From Octopus vulgaris (Eukaryota): 64,000 bases of DNA. The stretch spans positions 133,300,001 to 133,364,000 of the forward strand of contig OX597819.1 in assembly GCA_951406725.2 (NCBI GenBank), written 5' to 3'. The position numbers were made by a program, and so were the translations under genes. Position 1 is the first letter of the stretch, and every line of letters begins with the position of its first letter. Under the pieces are notes generated by a model. The model saw only the letters and a program-made list of their open reading frames with translations, was not told the DNA's origin and searched no databases. Shown here piece by piece: positions 27,696 to 43,805 of the stretch.

Positions 27696-30409
27696 GCACG
27701 TGTATGTATGCTTGTATCTCGCTCTCTCTCTGTCTTTCTCTGTCTCTTTCTCTTATGTATATGAACACCTAATTCAGTAGTCCTAAACCAAAGCAATTGT
27801 GATTTTACCTTCTTGTTTCTAGGTGTAGTGCGTTCTAGGTCTTCAGATTCACACTTCATTTAGAACCACATTATCCATTATCCGATAATCCGATTATGCT
27901 TTATATATTAAAAAAATGCTGTGATGTGATTTTTAGCCTATTTTACCGTTAATTATAACTGACCGAGCAACGGTGTGAAAACGACGGCCATTGACCCGTC
28001 ATAGTAATTTAGTTAGCTTAATAGTATTTCTGAGACGTTCATTGATTTGCGGATGAAACAAGCAATCTAGCGATAATAATTCCCTTTGAATATGTACTCA
28101 TTACAGAGCTATCGTCCTTGCATGGCACTGCGTTGAACACTGCGAAGAAACATTCTGCAGCTGGGATGTAATCAGCTGCAATTAAATATTTACATCTTTC
28201 ATATATTATGGCGTCAGATCGAAAATAATCCACCGGCGTTTCTCTTTATTTCACTTCTATAAGCTACCATGATCTATAATTAAATATTTCCATATCTTTG
28301 CAGTAACGATTCCTTTAATACTTTCTTTGAAATAAAACTATAGATGTCAACGGAGAGAGAGAGAATTTGCCAATATATTACAATCGTTTATAGAACGATA
28401 AAGTGTTTTCCATCTCCCTGTGGCTTCAGGGCATTTCTCCTTCGAAAGATATTGAGTTGTCATCTTTAGATAGGAGCAATTATCTCGACTCATTTTAAGC
28501 ACATCTCAACGTGGTTACTGCAGCCGCGTTCACCTTAAATAATTCTACAGAGCATAACACTCCCATGTCACATCCTGCTTCGAAAGAGATTATCATTATT
28601 ATTAAAGAGACTGCAAAGAATAATTGGCTTTGCACAGCTTTTCCGGACATTTGTTCTCCTAATTCGAGAATATAAGTACGTATTACTTTCCAAAAACCAA
28701 ATGGACTCACGATAATTAGCCAAGGTACCATTGTTGAATGTTGGTGGTGGCACGGAAAGCGTTTAGTAAAATACTTGGCTCACGCGCTTCCATGTTGAAG
28801 AACATTCCAAATAAATATAACAGATGTTCTGAAACTGACTTAGCAGTAGAGATGGCACTAACAGCAAGAGCATCACAGGTATATTCAACCACTTGATGTT
28901 CTAAGGAATATTGCTATAAATTGTTCAGGAATTGAAGAGTCTAGAGTTTTAAACTAAATTTCCTCTTTTTATTTTTTTTATTATGAATCAATATCATTCT
29001 ATAATTCTGATCTAAAAACTCCGGTATCTTTAAAATAAGGTGGTGATAGTGACAAACGCTTCGTAATATCAGAATTGGGAAAATATGCCATTTTGGAATT
29101 CTTTAAAATCTGTACGTGTCCTCAATTTACTGTTCTGTTTTAAAATTTTATGAAGAAAGTGACAAATTAAAACCCTTTAATAATAAGTGGAGAGTTTGTT
29201 AAGTTTATTCATTTACAGATCTTGAAGCTAAGGCATCAAGTTAACAAGATATTCGTTAATTGAATGGTGTTGCCGTTTCACCCTCAAGTAAACAGCATCA
29301 GGTGTCGTACTTGCTGAAGGATGAAATGGCTTCTGCGTTGCAGGTTTCTGAATCTGAAATGAAGTACAAGTGAGAAGTTTCGCGTTCCTTTGACTTGCAT
29401 TTCAGTTTAGAAATCACAAAATTACATATTATTATTTGCTTTCTGTTAATTATCCTCTAGTCTTACGTCACTAGACGAAAAAAAAAAGAAGTGGTCTTCA
29501 AGCGTGTTGACTCGTGAGTCCATAACGATGTCATAGAATTTCAGACTTAGTGCTTTAATGTCACTTTACAAAAAGAAAACCAAAAACACACGAAACTTCA
29601 ATTATCTCCCCTAAAAGTATGAATGTTTGTAACGAAATTATAAACGTGTGTACTTCCTAATGTTTAGTAATGATCAACTAATAATATGATTAAACTAATG
29701 ATTTGAAGTTTAATACTCCTTTTCTTCAATTTAAACATTAATGATATCGAAATCGGTCAGAACAACAATCATTTGAAGTTATCTGTACTATCATTTGTGC
29801 GTTTAACTGGATTAGGGCCGCACGTGATTAGAGGTCAATTCTGATAGAGATGCAGAGAGTATCTGTTGCGTTTGTGAATCTATTATATTCGTTCGGTCTC
29901 GTTTTTATAAACCTTCTCTGCCAAATCCACACAGAGATTATTATCTGAATTTTCCTTGCAAGAAATCCCAAAACTTCAGAGTGAAAACAAGAATCTAGAA
30001 AGTTCGTGACTTTTTCCGTCCTCGTTGGAGGATGCCAAAAAAAAAAAAAATGGAAGCAAGAGCCTTTTGCTGGTATTCAGGGTTTGCTAAACATCGTAAC
30101 CACGAGATGGGGTTTTTAAGCTATACAACAAATACATTCGCAAGAAATCTTAAAGGATATGGAAACAGGAAGACAGAGAAATGTTTTTGCAACTAAATGG
30201 CTGGGCGGCCGGTGTGAAAAAGAAATAAAAAGAAGGAAAGCTGACTACGGGTCACGTGTCAGTAGCAGGTAGAGGAGAGAGAGGGAGAGTGCGACAGAGA
30301 GGAAGTGGAGAGAAAGTAAGAAGAAATGAAATGGGAGAGGCTAGAAATACAAGTGAGAAGACTTAGAATAAGATGCAAATACGAAAACAGCATAGAACAG
30401 TATAGTGAA

Positions 30410-30875
30410 GAAATTAGACAAAACAGATCCATTTTCGGCGATTGATCGATGCAGCTGATTTTCTTGGTCGCCCGAAATTATCATTTCTGTGTCATTTCGA
30501 ATCTAAGGAATACAATAATCGCGGAAATTATTTTTAAAAATCTTATATTTAATTAGTAAATATGACGAAAATTTGGCAAGCCATCTAGACAGAGCTTCTG
30601 CTTTCTCAAGTCTCTCCAACAGAATTCAAAAGAAAATGATCGTTGCTGTTCAAAAAGTTATCTTCATTGAAACAGGAAATGAACTGATGCAGGCTAAATT
30701 TGTCGCTATTCTTGTAGATGAAGCATTCAATGTATCAAACTCTTCCCAACTGTCAACTGTTTTGCGTTGTTACAAAAGATTGTCTTATTAAAGAATGGTT
30801 TATCGATTTTAATGATATTTGTGTAGATCGTTCGACAAATAATTTATCTGAACATGTTTTTAAGGTGAAAGATAT
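30410..30875 (+). mobile_element. Decayed hAT (ZMYM1-like) transposase fragment
   Basis: FRRLIDAADFLGR..NNRGNY..SNRIQ..FVAILVDEAFNVSNSSQLSTVLR; possible weaker hAT-like debris at about 12400-13300 and 28000-28950. Confidence 0.65.
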
Positions 30876-30894
30876 TTAGGCGACGTATGGCGTC

Positions 30895-32705
30895 GTATGG
30901 CCTGTGTATGGCGTCCAAGTCTCACTTCCATACAGTAGAGTGCTAAGTACACATGCCTGGTAAATCTTCATTTTTGTGGTCTTGGTCAGCTTATTGTTGT
31001 CCCATACCCGTTTGGATAGTTGGGCCATCGCAGCAGCTGCCTTGCTAATGCATATATTGAGCTCAGTATCAAGGGATAGGTTGTAGGTGACGGTAGAGCC
31101 AAGATAGGTAAACTTCTCCACCTCATCTGTGGTCTCCAATATGTATGTTTATGATGGTCGATGTAGCCTGACCAATGATGTTGGTCTTCTTGAGGCTGAT
31201 AAATAAGCCAAAGTTGCAACATGCTTGCTCAAAACAGTTGATGAGCCTTTGTAGGGCTTCCTCTGTGTGTGATACCAGAGCGGCATCATCAGCAAATAGC
31301 ATCTCCTTGATCAGGACGCTTCTGATTTTGGTCTTGGCACGCAGACGCGAGAGATTGAACAGTTTCCCATCAATTCTACTCTGCAGAAACACTCCATCAT
31401 CTGATGTCACAAAGGCATGTGACAGCAGCAGTGAGAAGAAGATGCCAAATAATGTAGGAGCAAGGACACAACCTTGCTTTACCCCATTTTATATTTGGAA
31501 GGCGGCTGATGTTGAACCGTTGTGCTGTATGGTGCCTTGCATATCATCATGGAAAGATGTGATGATCCTCAGCAGCTTTGGTGGACATCCAATTTTTGGA
31601 GCAGGATGAAGAGGACTTTTCTACTTACCAAGTCAAAGGCCTTGTCAGATCAATGAAGGCCATATATAATGGCATTTTCTGTTCTCTGGACTTCTCCCGA
31701 TGTTGTCGTATGGAGAATATCATGTCAATAGTTGATCTGCTTCTTCTAAAGTCACACTGCAATTCTGGATAAATTCGAGAAGCAAGCAGTTGCAGCCTGG
31801 ACAGGATAACGCGGGCAAAGGTCTTTCCAACAGCGCTTAGAAGAGATATTCCACGGTAATTGTTACAATCACCACGGTCACCTTTGTTTTTGTAAAGCGT
31901 AATGATGTTAGCATCTCGCATATCCTGAGGGACAGTACCCTCTTCCCAGCACTGACGCAGAAGTTCATGAAGCTGCCGAAGCAGGATGGTGTTTTTGCCG
32001 GTTTTGATTATCTCTAAGGGGATGCCATCTTTTCCCGGAGCCTTGTTACTTGCTAGGGAGTCAATAGCCTTGGTGAGCTCTGCTATAGATGGAAGACCGT
32101 CAAGTACACACATGACTGGCAAGATCTTGACTCCCTCGATTGCAGCCTCAGCTACCGTGGTCTCTCGTGAGTAGAGATCCTGGTAGTGCTCCACCCATCT
32201 ATCCATTTGCTTGCTTTGGTACTTGATGAGATCCTCAGTAGTTGATTTTAGAGGGGCTGACTTGGTTGCGGATGGACCAAGGGCCTTCTTCAAACCGGCA
32301 TACATCCCACGGGTGTCGCCACTGTCAGTAGCTGACTTGATACTCTGACAGATCTCCTGCCAATACCTATTTGCACAGCGTCTGGCAGTCAGTTGGGTTT
32401 TATTTCTTGCCTTTCTGAGTTCTTCGAGTGACTTTATAGAAGAATCACTCTTGTATTGCATCAGAGCTGCACGCTTTGCTTCGATAACTGTTTCTAGCTC
32501 TAAGAGCCCAGCACTGAACAAAATTCAGAAAGGGTCTTCGTGTAATGATGAGATCCAGCTGATGCCAGTGGTGAGATCTTGGATGTCTCCAAGATGCCTT
32601 GTGGGATGTCTTGTTGGCAAATAATGTGTTAGTGATGCACAGGTTATGGTATGTGCAAAATTCAAGTAGTCTCTGGCCATTGTCATTCATGTTGCCAATA
32701 CCAAA
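30895..32705 (-). mobile_element. RTE (BovB-like) LINE, internally deleted
   Basis: NYRGISLLS, EMLFADDAAL, LLYGSETWT; endonuclease piece NGQRLLEFC..WRHPRSHHWHQLD. Confidence 0.9.
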
Positions 32706-32761
32706 ACACATACACTTATATATATACGATCGATTTGTTTCAGTTCCTGTCTACGAAATCC

Positions 32762-32792
<31 letters not shown>

Positions 32793-33514
32793 TACACACA
32801 CATACATACATATATATTTGGAATTTACAAAAGAAACGAACAAAAGACGAAGACGGGTGTGTAAACAGCAAACAGGTTTATTAGTTTAACGCTCCGGACT
32901 TAGGAAAATTTATATAGGAAGTACTACTAATTTTAAAATTAAATATAGGGGACACAAGAATTCATTTATTCACCCCTATATAAAAAATTACAGACATTTT
33001 GGTATGTTGTAAGCATAAATATTTAGCGTCTTATAATTTTCTTAAACTTTAAAATATAATTTTTTAGAATATAAAAGCTTTTTGAAAATACGGTCCAATT
33101 AGATCATTAGATCCAGTGAACACTTATGCACAAACCTGTAATCTTAAATTGTTTTTTTATAGTAGAGTAGAATAATCCCATTGGCTATTATTTGCATGAT
33201 TAACTAAAGTTAACCTTTTAATGAATTTCATATCTTATTTAAACGTTGTAATCCTCTTGAAAATCTGTCACTTATTCATCGATACTCAAAAACTGAACTT
33301 TCACCAACTGAATACTCACCATGTAGTGCCTTAATGCTTTTTGCTGGATTTTACCTCGAGAAAGGAACCCTGAGGAAGGAGGGCTGAATTTCGAATACTT
33401 CGTACAACCACTTTTCTGAAACGGCTGCAGGTTAGGAAAAAAAATGTAATCGCCTATTTCAATTTAGGTTCTTATTTTTCATGTTTATATTCGTATTTCA
33501 TTGTTATGTTTATA

Positions 33515-34079
33515 TTGGGTTGTCCGGAAAGTTCGTTCCGATTTTTAAAGGAAAGTAAAGGTCACTAAATACTTGCCATTACATTTTTAATGAACCAAAT
33601 CTGAAACATTTCGTTGCACAATACGTCTCCATCTTTCATTTACCTTGAAAATACCCTCTTCCCAGAATTGGGGTGGTTTCAAGGCAAAAAATTCGTCAAG
33701 GTATCTTTTTACGTCATCTAAGGAATTGAAATTTTTACCATTAAGACTTTTCTGCAGAGACCTGTATAAGTGGAAATCTGAAGGAGCAATATCTGGGGAA
33801 TAGGGAGGGTGGTGTAACACATCACAGCCGAGCTGCAGCAATTTTTGTCTGGTTCCCAAAGCATCAAGTGCCGAAAATGAACTTTCTTATCTTTTATTTT
33901 AAGGGGTTACAGAATTAACACAGGTTATAGGAACATAAACCTTCTTCCACGAAAAGATAGCTTAAACTGTGCTCTAAATGGAGGTGTAGTCAAATCCTAT
34001 CTTATGGACTCAAACATGTTCTAAACTCAGTCGAAAGATAAGCTACTATAAATCGGCACGAACTTTCCGGACAACCCAA
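33515..34079 (-). mobile_element. Internally deleted mariner element
   Basis: TIRs TTGGGTTGTCCGGAAAGTTCGT / ACGAACTTTCCGGACAACCCAA flanked by TA; HPPYSPDIAPSDFHL motif. Confidence 0.9.
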
Positions 34080-34317
34080 TATTTCTATATTTTTATCATG
34101 AAACTCTTAACATAAATATGTGTATATTCGTATGGAATAATACATCATGTGCTACATCTGAATTTTCTTGTCTGAATGTTTTAAGACAAATTTTTATCGT
34201 ATACCACATTTTATTAATACTTAGCTCCTATACGGAGACAAAAATGTTGTACTATATACCGCAGGTTATCTCCATTAAAATTCTCGTATTATATACATTA
34301 TATATATATATAATATA

Positions 34318-35047
34318 CACACTGGCGAAAATAAATTTAAGACCGATGATTAAAATTCTATTTCTTACAAAATATTCTGTTACTAGTCCTTTGCCGATCT
34401 TTATATTGACCAGTCTCCGAGTATAACTTCCACGCTTGCACGCAAACCGGTTTACTGCACTTTAGTTGCTTGCTGATGTTCCTAAAGGAAACTTTTTGCT
34501 GTAATATACGATTTTTGCTCTCGTGACTGGACTAAAGCTACGTTGTTTTCCCATTATTAATAAATTGTATAATAACATTAAATTATAACTTTATATGGTG
34601 CATTTAGGTTCGTTGTGTGACCACCCACTTTAGCCAAAAAAATTGCATACATATTACATGGTCTTAAACTAATTTTGCCAGTACATTTGAAACGTTTATA
34701 TTACCTTCTGAGTTCAAATTCCGCCGAGGTCGACTTTGCCTTTCATCCTTTCGGGGTCGATAAATTAAGCACCAGTTACGCACTGGGGTCGATGTAATCG
34801 ACTTAATCCGTTTGTCTGTCCTTGTTTGTCCCCTCTATGTTTAGCCGCTTGTGGGCAGTAAAGAAATATATATTAATTTAGCATTAGAATTCTTCAAGTT
34901 GTATAAAAATTGTTTGCATCATTCGAAAGGAAAATAAATTTTGCATAAGGTGTAAAAGATATAAATAATTTGTATGGTGTTAGTAACAAAATATTTTGTA
35001 AGAAATAGAACTTTTATCGTCGGTCTTAAATAATTTTCGCCGGTGTA
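34318..35047. mobile_element. Tc1-type MITE with TIRs of about 65 bp and a nested SINE (34705-34868)
   Basis: CACTGGCGAAAATAAATTTAAGACCGATGAT.. / ..ATCGTCGGTCTTAAATAATTTTCGCCGGTG. Confidence 0.75.
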
Positions 35048-36154
35048 TATACCTCAGGTCATCCCATAAGTTCTGTCCGAATTGTGGATAAAGAATCCAA
35101 GTGATCAAGTGTTATATTTAATTGAAAGTTAATCATCAATGTACTTTCCCTGATTATCTATGACTTACTTCCATCTATTTACAAGCTTTTTAATCCCATC
35201 AATGTAAAACTCTTTTGGTTTCAAAGCGAAGAACTCTGAAATGTCAAGTTCGACCTCCTCCTGGCTTGCGAAAGTTGTGTCCCCCTAATTATTCTGTAAA
35301 CTATGAAACAAATGGCATCCTGAAGGAGTAAAGTCGGGAGAATAAGTTGGATGAAGAAATGTTTCCAAACCGACCTCTTCGATCTTCTGTGATGTGATCT
35401 TTGCATTGTGGGGTTGCGCATTGTCCTGATGAAACATCACACGTTTTCGATTCACTAAAGCGGCTCTTTTTTCCTTCAAAGCTTGGTTCAAACGCTCTAA
35501 TTGCTGACAGTAGACTTGAGCATTGATTGTTGCATTAGGTGGTAACAATATAAAGTGAATTACGCCTTTGCAATCGCACCAAATAGAGTAGAATATTTTT
35601 CCCATGAAATTCCCTTCTCGGTTGTGGTTGAGCATTTTCCCTTTTACCAAGCCACTGTTACGACGTTTAACATTTCGATAGAAAATCCATTTTTCGTCAC
35701 AAGTCTATCGAAAAAGGGTGAAATGAGTTTGCGAGAATGGAGAGAAGAGCAGATGTCAACTCGGGATTTGCGGTTGCTTTCGCACAATACATGAGGCACC
35801 CATTTTCCAAGTTTAGGAAACTTTCCAAGTTGTTGAAGATGACGATGAACTGTTGTATGGTTTGAAGTAAGCTTTATTGCCAATTCTTCAACTGATAATG
35901 ACGGATTTTCTTCAAGTAATGCCTCAAGGAACTTATCATCAAACTCAACTGGACATCATATTCGATCTTCAACTTCAGTTTTGCAAACGATCTTCTGCAA
36001 GTTCTTTCATTCAAGCACTTTCCCATAAACTGAGTATATGTTTCGAGTCACTTCGGCTGCAGAGTTACCTTTATTGTACTCATAAAGAATTATATGTGCC
36101 TTAAATGCTCCTTGGATACTTCCATGTTGAAAGGGTTTTAACCAAAGCAATTTT

Positions 36155-37430
36155 AGGGTGTCCACGAAGTCTGGGTACATGGAATAAAATCATAACATAA
36201 ACAAATATAAGAAATAATAATTTTCCTTTTTTACTTTTGTTTAAATTAAATTTAAAAAATACTTTACTTTTCTAAATTTATTTGTTATTTTTTCTACAGA
36301 TGATCGAATGATGGCTTTGTCTAAAGAAGAAGAATCCCAGATCGAATGTTGGATCTGCCTAAAGAAGAAATAATCGAATTAGTATTATTAAGTGGATGAG
36401 AGGGATGGTCTTATCGCAAAATTGCGGAAGAATTTAATCTTCGACACCCTTATAGGTAACCTTTTTTTTACTGCCGTCGGGAAATTGATCAAGAAATTTA
36501 AAGAAACAGGCAGTGTTTTGGATAAACCCCGTTCCGGGCGACCAAAGACTTCAGATGAAACGAAAGAGGCTGCCATGGCTAAAGTTTCTGCTAGCCCAAA
36601 GAAATCACTTCGTCGGACATCCACCGTGTTAGGTGTTCCAAAACCAACCATCCACAAAATGCTGGTTGAGGAAAAGTTTCATCGATGCAACCTACAGATT
36701 TTGCATCACTTAAATGAAGACGACCCTGGTAGACGAATGTAGACGTGCGAATGGTTTTCAGATAAATTGGATGAAAATATCAATTTTACGAAAAACTTTG
36801 TTGTTCAATGACAAAGCTACGTTTTATGTTAATGGTGAGGTCAACAGACAGAATTTTCTATACTGGTCTCGAGGTAATCCACATTGGATGGATCCATCCA
36901 AACAGCAAGGCAGCAAAAAGGTGATGGTGTGGTGTGGTTTGTGGAAAGCTCATGTTCTAGGACCCTTCTTCATTGAACATGTAACGGATGAGACTTATGT
37001 AAACATATTGAGAGACAAATTAATATCTCAAATTGAGCGCCTAGGCGAGGGCCTTCCAAATTGGTTTCAGCAGGATGGGGCCCCTACCCATTTTGCCACA
37101 ACTGTTAGAGATTGGCTTAATGACACTTTTCCTCACTGGATTGGAAGAAGGGCTCATATGGAAAGGTCCCCTCGTTCACCAGACCTTTCTCCCCTTGATT
37201 TCTTTTTCTGGGGTATGTTGAAAGAGAAAGATTACAATAAAGATTACAGATTTAAAACACATGAGAAATAACACATTACCGGTCAGTGTGCTGAAATTGA
37301 TGGCAATGTAGACTTATTTAATCAAGTTCACCTGAATTTTGCAAGGCGCAAAATCAAGTTATGCATTGGTCTTAAAAATGATGGAAATCACTCCCATAAG
37401 TTCTGAAAATATTATTTATATTTAACATTA
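36155..37430 (+). mobile_element. Tc1-like transposon (duplicate copy, right end garbled)
   Basis: HTH region KFKETGSVLDKPRSGRP; WFQQDGAP; SPDLSPLDFFFWG. Confidence 0.8.
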
Positions 37431-38444
37431 TAATTTTCCCTGATTATCTATGACTTACTTCCATCTATTTACAAGCTTTTTAATCCCATCAATGTAAAAC
37501 TCTTTTGGTTTCAAAGCGAAGAACTCTGAAATGTCAAGTTCGACCTCCTCCTGGCTTGCGAAAGTTGTGTCCCCCTAATTATTCTGTAAACTATGAAACA
37601 AATGGCATCCTGAAGGAGTAAAGTCGGGAGAATAAGTTGGATGAAGAAATGTTTCCAAACCGACCTCTTCGATCTTCTGTGATGTGATCTTTGCATTGTG
37701 GGGTTGCGCATTGTCCTGATGAAACATCACACGTTTTCGATTCACTAAAGCGGCTCTTTTTTCCTTCAAAGCTTGGTTCAAACGCTCTAATTGCTGACAG
37801 TAGACTTGAGCATTGATTGTTGCATTAGGTGGTAACAATATAAAGTGAATTACGCCTTTGCAATCGCACCAAATAGAGTAGAATATTTTTCCCATGAAAT
37901 TCCCTTCTCGGTTGTGGTTGAGCATTTTCCCTTTTACCAAGCCACTGTTACGACGTTTAACATTTCGATAGAAAATCCATTTTTCGTCACAAGTCTATCG
38001 AAAAAGGGTGAAATGAGTTTGCGAGAATGGAGAGAAGAGCAGATGTCAACTCGGGATTTGCGGTTGCTTTCGCACAATACATGAGGCACCCATTTTCCAA
38101 GTTTAGGAAACTTTCCAAGTTGTTGAAGATGACGATGAACTGTTGTATGGTTTGAAGTAAGCTTTATTGCCAATTCTTCAACTGATAATGACGGATTTTC
38201 TTCAAGTAATGCCTCAAGGAACTTATCATCAAACTCAACTGGACATCATATTCGATCTTCAACTTCAGTTTTGCAAACGATCTTCTGCAAGTTCTTTCAT
38301 TCAAGCACTTTCCCATAAACTGAGTATATGTTTCGAGTCACTTCGGCTGCAGAGTTACCTTTATTGTACTCATAAAGAATTATATGTGCCTTAAATGCTC
38401 CTTGGATACTTCCATGTTGAAAGGGTTTTAACCAAAGCAATTTT

Positions 38445-39768
38445 AGGGTGTCCACGAAGTCTGGGTACATGGAATAAAATCATAACATAAACAAATATAA
38501 GAAATAATAATTTTCCTTTTTTACTTTTGTTTAAATTAAATTTAAAAAATACTTTACTTTTCTAAATTTATTTGTTATTTTTTCTACAGATGATCGAATG
38601 ATGGCTTTGTCTAAAGAAGAAGAATCCCAGATCGAATGTTGGATCTGCCTAAAGAAGAAATAATCGAATTAGTATTATTAAGTGGATGAGAGGGATGGTC
38701 TTATCGCAAAATTGCGGAAGAATTTAATCTTCGACACCCTTATAGGTAACCTTTTTTTTACTGCCGTCGGGAAATTGATCAAGAAATTTAAAGAAACAGG
38801 CAGTGTTTTGGATAAACCCCGTTCCGGGCGACCAAAGACTTCAGATGAAACGAAAGAGGCTGCCATGGCTAAAGTTTCTGCTAGCCCAAAGAAATCACTT
38901 CGTCGGACATCCACCGTGTTAGGTGTTCCAAAACCAACCATCCACAAAATGCTGGTTGAGGAAAAGTTTCATCGATGCAACCTACAGATTTTGCATCACT
39001 TAAATGAAGACGACCCTGGTAGACGAATGTAGACGTGCGAATGGTTTTCAGATAAATTGGATGAAAATATCAATTTTACGAAAAACTTTGTTGTTCAATG
39101 ACAAAGCTACGTTTTATGTTAATGGTGAGGTCAACAGACAGAATTTTCTATACTGGTCTCGAGGTAATCCACATTGGATGGATCCATCCAAACAGCAAGG
39201 CAGCAAAAAGGTGATGGTGTGGTGTGGTTTGTGGAAAGCTCATGTTCTAGGACCCTTCTTCATTGAACATGTAACGGATGAGACTTATGTAAACATATTG
39301 AGAGACAAATTAATATCTCAAATTGAGCGCCTAGGCGAGGGCCTTCCAAATTGGTTTCAGCAGGATGGGGCCCCTACCCATTTTGCCACAACTGTTAGAG
39401 ATTGGCTTAATGACACTTTTCCTCACTGGATTGGAAGAAGGGCTCATATGGAAAGGTCCCCTCGTTCACCAGACCTTTCTCCCCTTGATTTCTTTTTCTG
39501 GGGTATGTTGAAAGAGAAAGATTACAATAAAGATTACAGATTTAAAACACATGAGAGAACACATTACCGGTCAGTGTGCTGAAATTGATGGCAATGTAGA
39601 CTTATTTAATCAAGTTCACCTGAATTTTGCAAGGCGCATCAAGTTATGCATTGAAAAATGATGGAAATCACTTTGAAAATATTATTTATAAACATTATAA
39701 TTAAATAAAATTGGTTTGTTTTTAAAGTATGTGTTAATCCCCATGTACGCAGACTTTGTGGACACCCT
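38445..39768 (+). mobile_element. Tc1-like transposon with both TIRs; transposase disrupted
   Basis: TIRs AGGGTGTCCACGAAGTCTGGGTACATGG / CCATGTACGCAGACTTTGTGGACACCCT; same transposase motifs. Confidence 0.88.
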
Positions 39769-41069
39769 CCATTATTTTGTAAAACAATATTGAATAAGTT
39801 TAAACGTACACAAACGCATAAAAATAATTTTTAATTGAATTAGACATTTGAAAATACTATTAAATTTCATTCAAATCTGGAAAAAAAGGTAAAATTGGAC
39901 AGAACTGATTGGATGACTTGATATATATAATCTATGATATTCTAGTAGGTTTCAAGTTTATAACACCTTGATATCTCATGTTATCTCATTTTATATGCCT
40001 AAGACGTTTATTTTCTATTCTGGTTTTTATATATTTCTATACATTATATTTGTATCTATAATATATTTTAAGCCGAAACATAATACGATCCTTGTACAAA
40101 CGAAAAAACAAGAATGTCCTCTGGAACTTTTATCTTCCACCGGTGTTTGTAATCGATGGTGACATGTGCGATGATTTTGCGACTATCTTATATTTTACAG
40201 AGAAATTGGAAGCCCCGAATGTAAGCCACCACTTTATGCATAATACAATATTTATAGTTCTTTATTTCTAACTCAAATTCTGTCCTCAATAATTATAGAT
40301 CTGTATTCCTAAATGTAATTCTTTTTCTTCTCGTTCAGTTTATAACTATAACACGCATTCTTGTCTGTCTCTTGCCAAACCATTTTTTCTCCAGCGTTCA
40401 CCACTTCACCTCATTAGGGTTAAACAGCCCTTACCGAATGTTTTCACTGTCCTGTTTTTGTTAGCAGCTTTGAGGTTCCACGTATCTCAAATTTTATTTA
40501 ATTTGCTTTGGAGAAGCAATTGCTTTGACGAAGACGCATCTTGTTCCACTGCTCGCAATGCGGAGTAGGTAAATCTGCCAACAATTAAGGAAGGGTTGTT
40601 TTTTTATGCTGCCTTCGCGCTATAGTTCTCAATATATAATGGAAATTCTTTCCACCCAACACAACCCAACCAGTAACACCAATGCCATAGCGTCGACTGT
40701 GGGCTGGTAGCTATGTACAGTCGCCCCAATGTCGCCCATGACATCTTTGCCTCCACTAAATTTATTCTGTTCAGCTACGTATTTGTATAGTGGTCATTTG
40801 CAAACTCCAGAGGTGACACTTTCATTTCTTCTTGTCGATTGTGGGCTGGTAGCTGTGGAAGTCCGACCCAACGTCGCCCAGAGCGAGCTCTGGCTGGTGT
40901 GATGCTATAGCAGAAGACACATGCCATGTGGGACTGAAATGAGGACCAAGTGTTCTGGAACGAAGTTTGTTACCACACAGCCACACCTGCACCAGTGTGT
41001 GTATGTTTGTGTGTGTGGGTTGGTGGGTGTTTCGGCATGTGTGTATGGGTGTATATATGTATGCATGTA

Positions 41070-41120
<51 letters not shown>

Positions 41121-41250
41121 CTGTGTGTGTGTGTGTGTACATAATACATGTACATCTATATATATATCTAGACATACATGTTTACATATACATGTACATC
41201 TATAGAAATACATCTATACATATGCAGCTATACATATACATCAGAATATG

Positions 41251-41318
<68 letters not shown>

Positions 41319-41418
41319 AAATAGAAAGATGAATAATCTTGTAGCAGAAGAAACACGTGTAGAATGAATTAAAACGATTTCTGTTCAATCTTCGTTCAGC
41401 TCCATTTCTTCAATTCAC

Positions 41419-41517
<99 letters not shown>

Positions 41518-42157
41518 GTATATATATATTTATACATTTACATTATGTATATATATATTCATATATATATACATATCTGTGTATATATATATTCATATAT
41601 ATACATATGTGTATATATATCGTCGTTCACAAAAAATTAGCGTTTGCAATACTTTTTTCGTTCGGCGTCAACAGCCCTTCTTATCTTGTTCTCCCTGTCC
41701 TGTCTTTCACTGTTATATATATTTTTTTACTGTTTATATATATATATATATTTTACTGTTTATTTTTGTACTGTCGTTACTGTCCAGTTTTTTTTACCAT
41801 TTTTTTACCATTTTTTATCCCTCTGCGAAAAGATCTCAGAATTTTAATTGATTTGCTTTTCGCAGGAAGGAAAGTTTCTTGTCGAAGATACGTCTCGTTT
41901 TTATCCTTCGAAACGTAGAGTAGATGAAACCTTAGCGACTGAAGAAGGGGTTTTTTCGTTGTGTTAACTGTCCTGTACTCCATTTTTTGTTGTTTTTAAA
42001 AAAATGTCCTGTTCCTTTGGTTTGTGTCTATGTTTTCGTTTCTCTATGTGTTCGACGTCCCTTTGGTGTCCTGTACTCATATATGCGTGTATATGTACAT
42101 GTAGAGGTAGGTACGTACATATATGTTTATATATATGCATATGTTTTATTTCTTTTA

Positions 42158-42209
<52 letters not shown>

Positions 42210-42229
42210 TATATATATATATATATAAT

Positions 42230-43250
<1,021 letters not shown>

Positions 43251-43805
43251 GATGACGTCACGCTACGCTAGATTGACCACCTAACAGGCATTATAAAACC
43301 AAGCATTTCACAAAAAATCACTAGAACCACCCAGCGAACTTCCACCATGGGTCATCACAATTGCTTAAGGTAAAAATGAATTCCTCGCTCTTTCGGAAAC
43401 ATCAATCTTCTGTATTGACCGCTTTCCACCACTTTGATCTGTTTTTTGTATTGAATACGTATCGCCACCGTGGGCCACTGCATCGAACACTTTGAAATAT
43501 ACTTCAAACTATATATCAACTATACATGAACTATATATCAACTATACATGAACTCTAAGATGTCTGACTCCGTTGTGTATTATAAATGAATTTCTTGTGT
43601 TTGACGGCATGAGCTGTCTCTTTTTATATATAACTTTTTTTGATAAGGTTCATTTCAGGAACTGAAACATGTTATAATGTATATATAAAAATTAAAAATT
43701 GTATAATACAGCAGCATTTTCGAACTTCATTTTTTACAAATATATACCTACTCGTATACGAACTAATCCTATTATAAATATCATATCACGTACGAGCTCC
43801 CGAAA

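Larger units (their letters stand above)
35054..39921 (-). mobile_element. Decayed mariner element carrying a nested Tc1-like element; interior tandemly duplicated (2290 bp)
   Basis: TIRs TCAGGTCATCCCATAAGTTCTGTCC / GGACAGAACTGATTGGATGACTTGA; WVPHVL, HQDNA, YSPDFTPS motifs. Confidence 0.85.
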
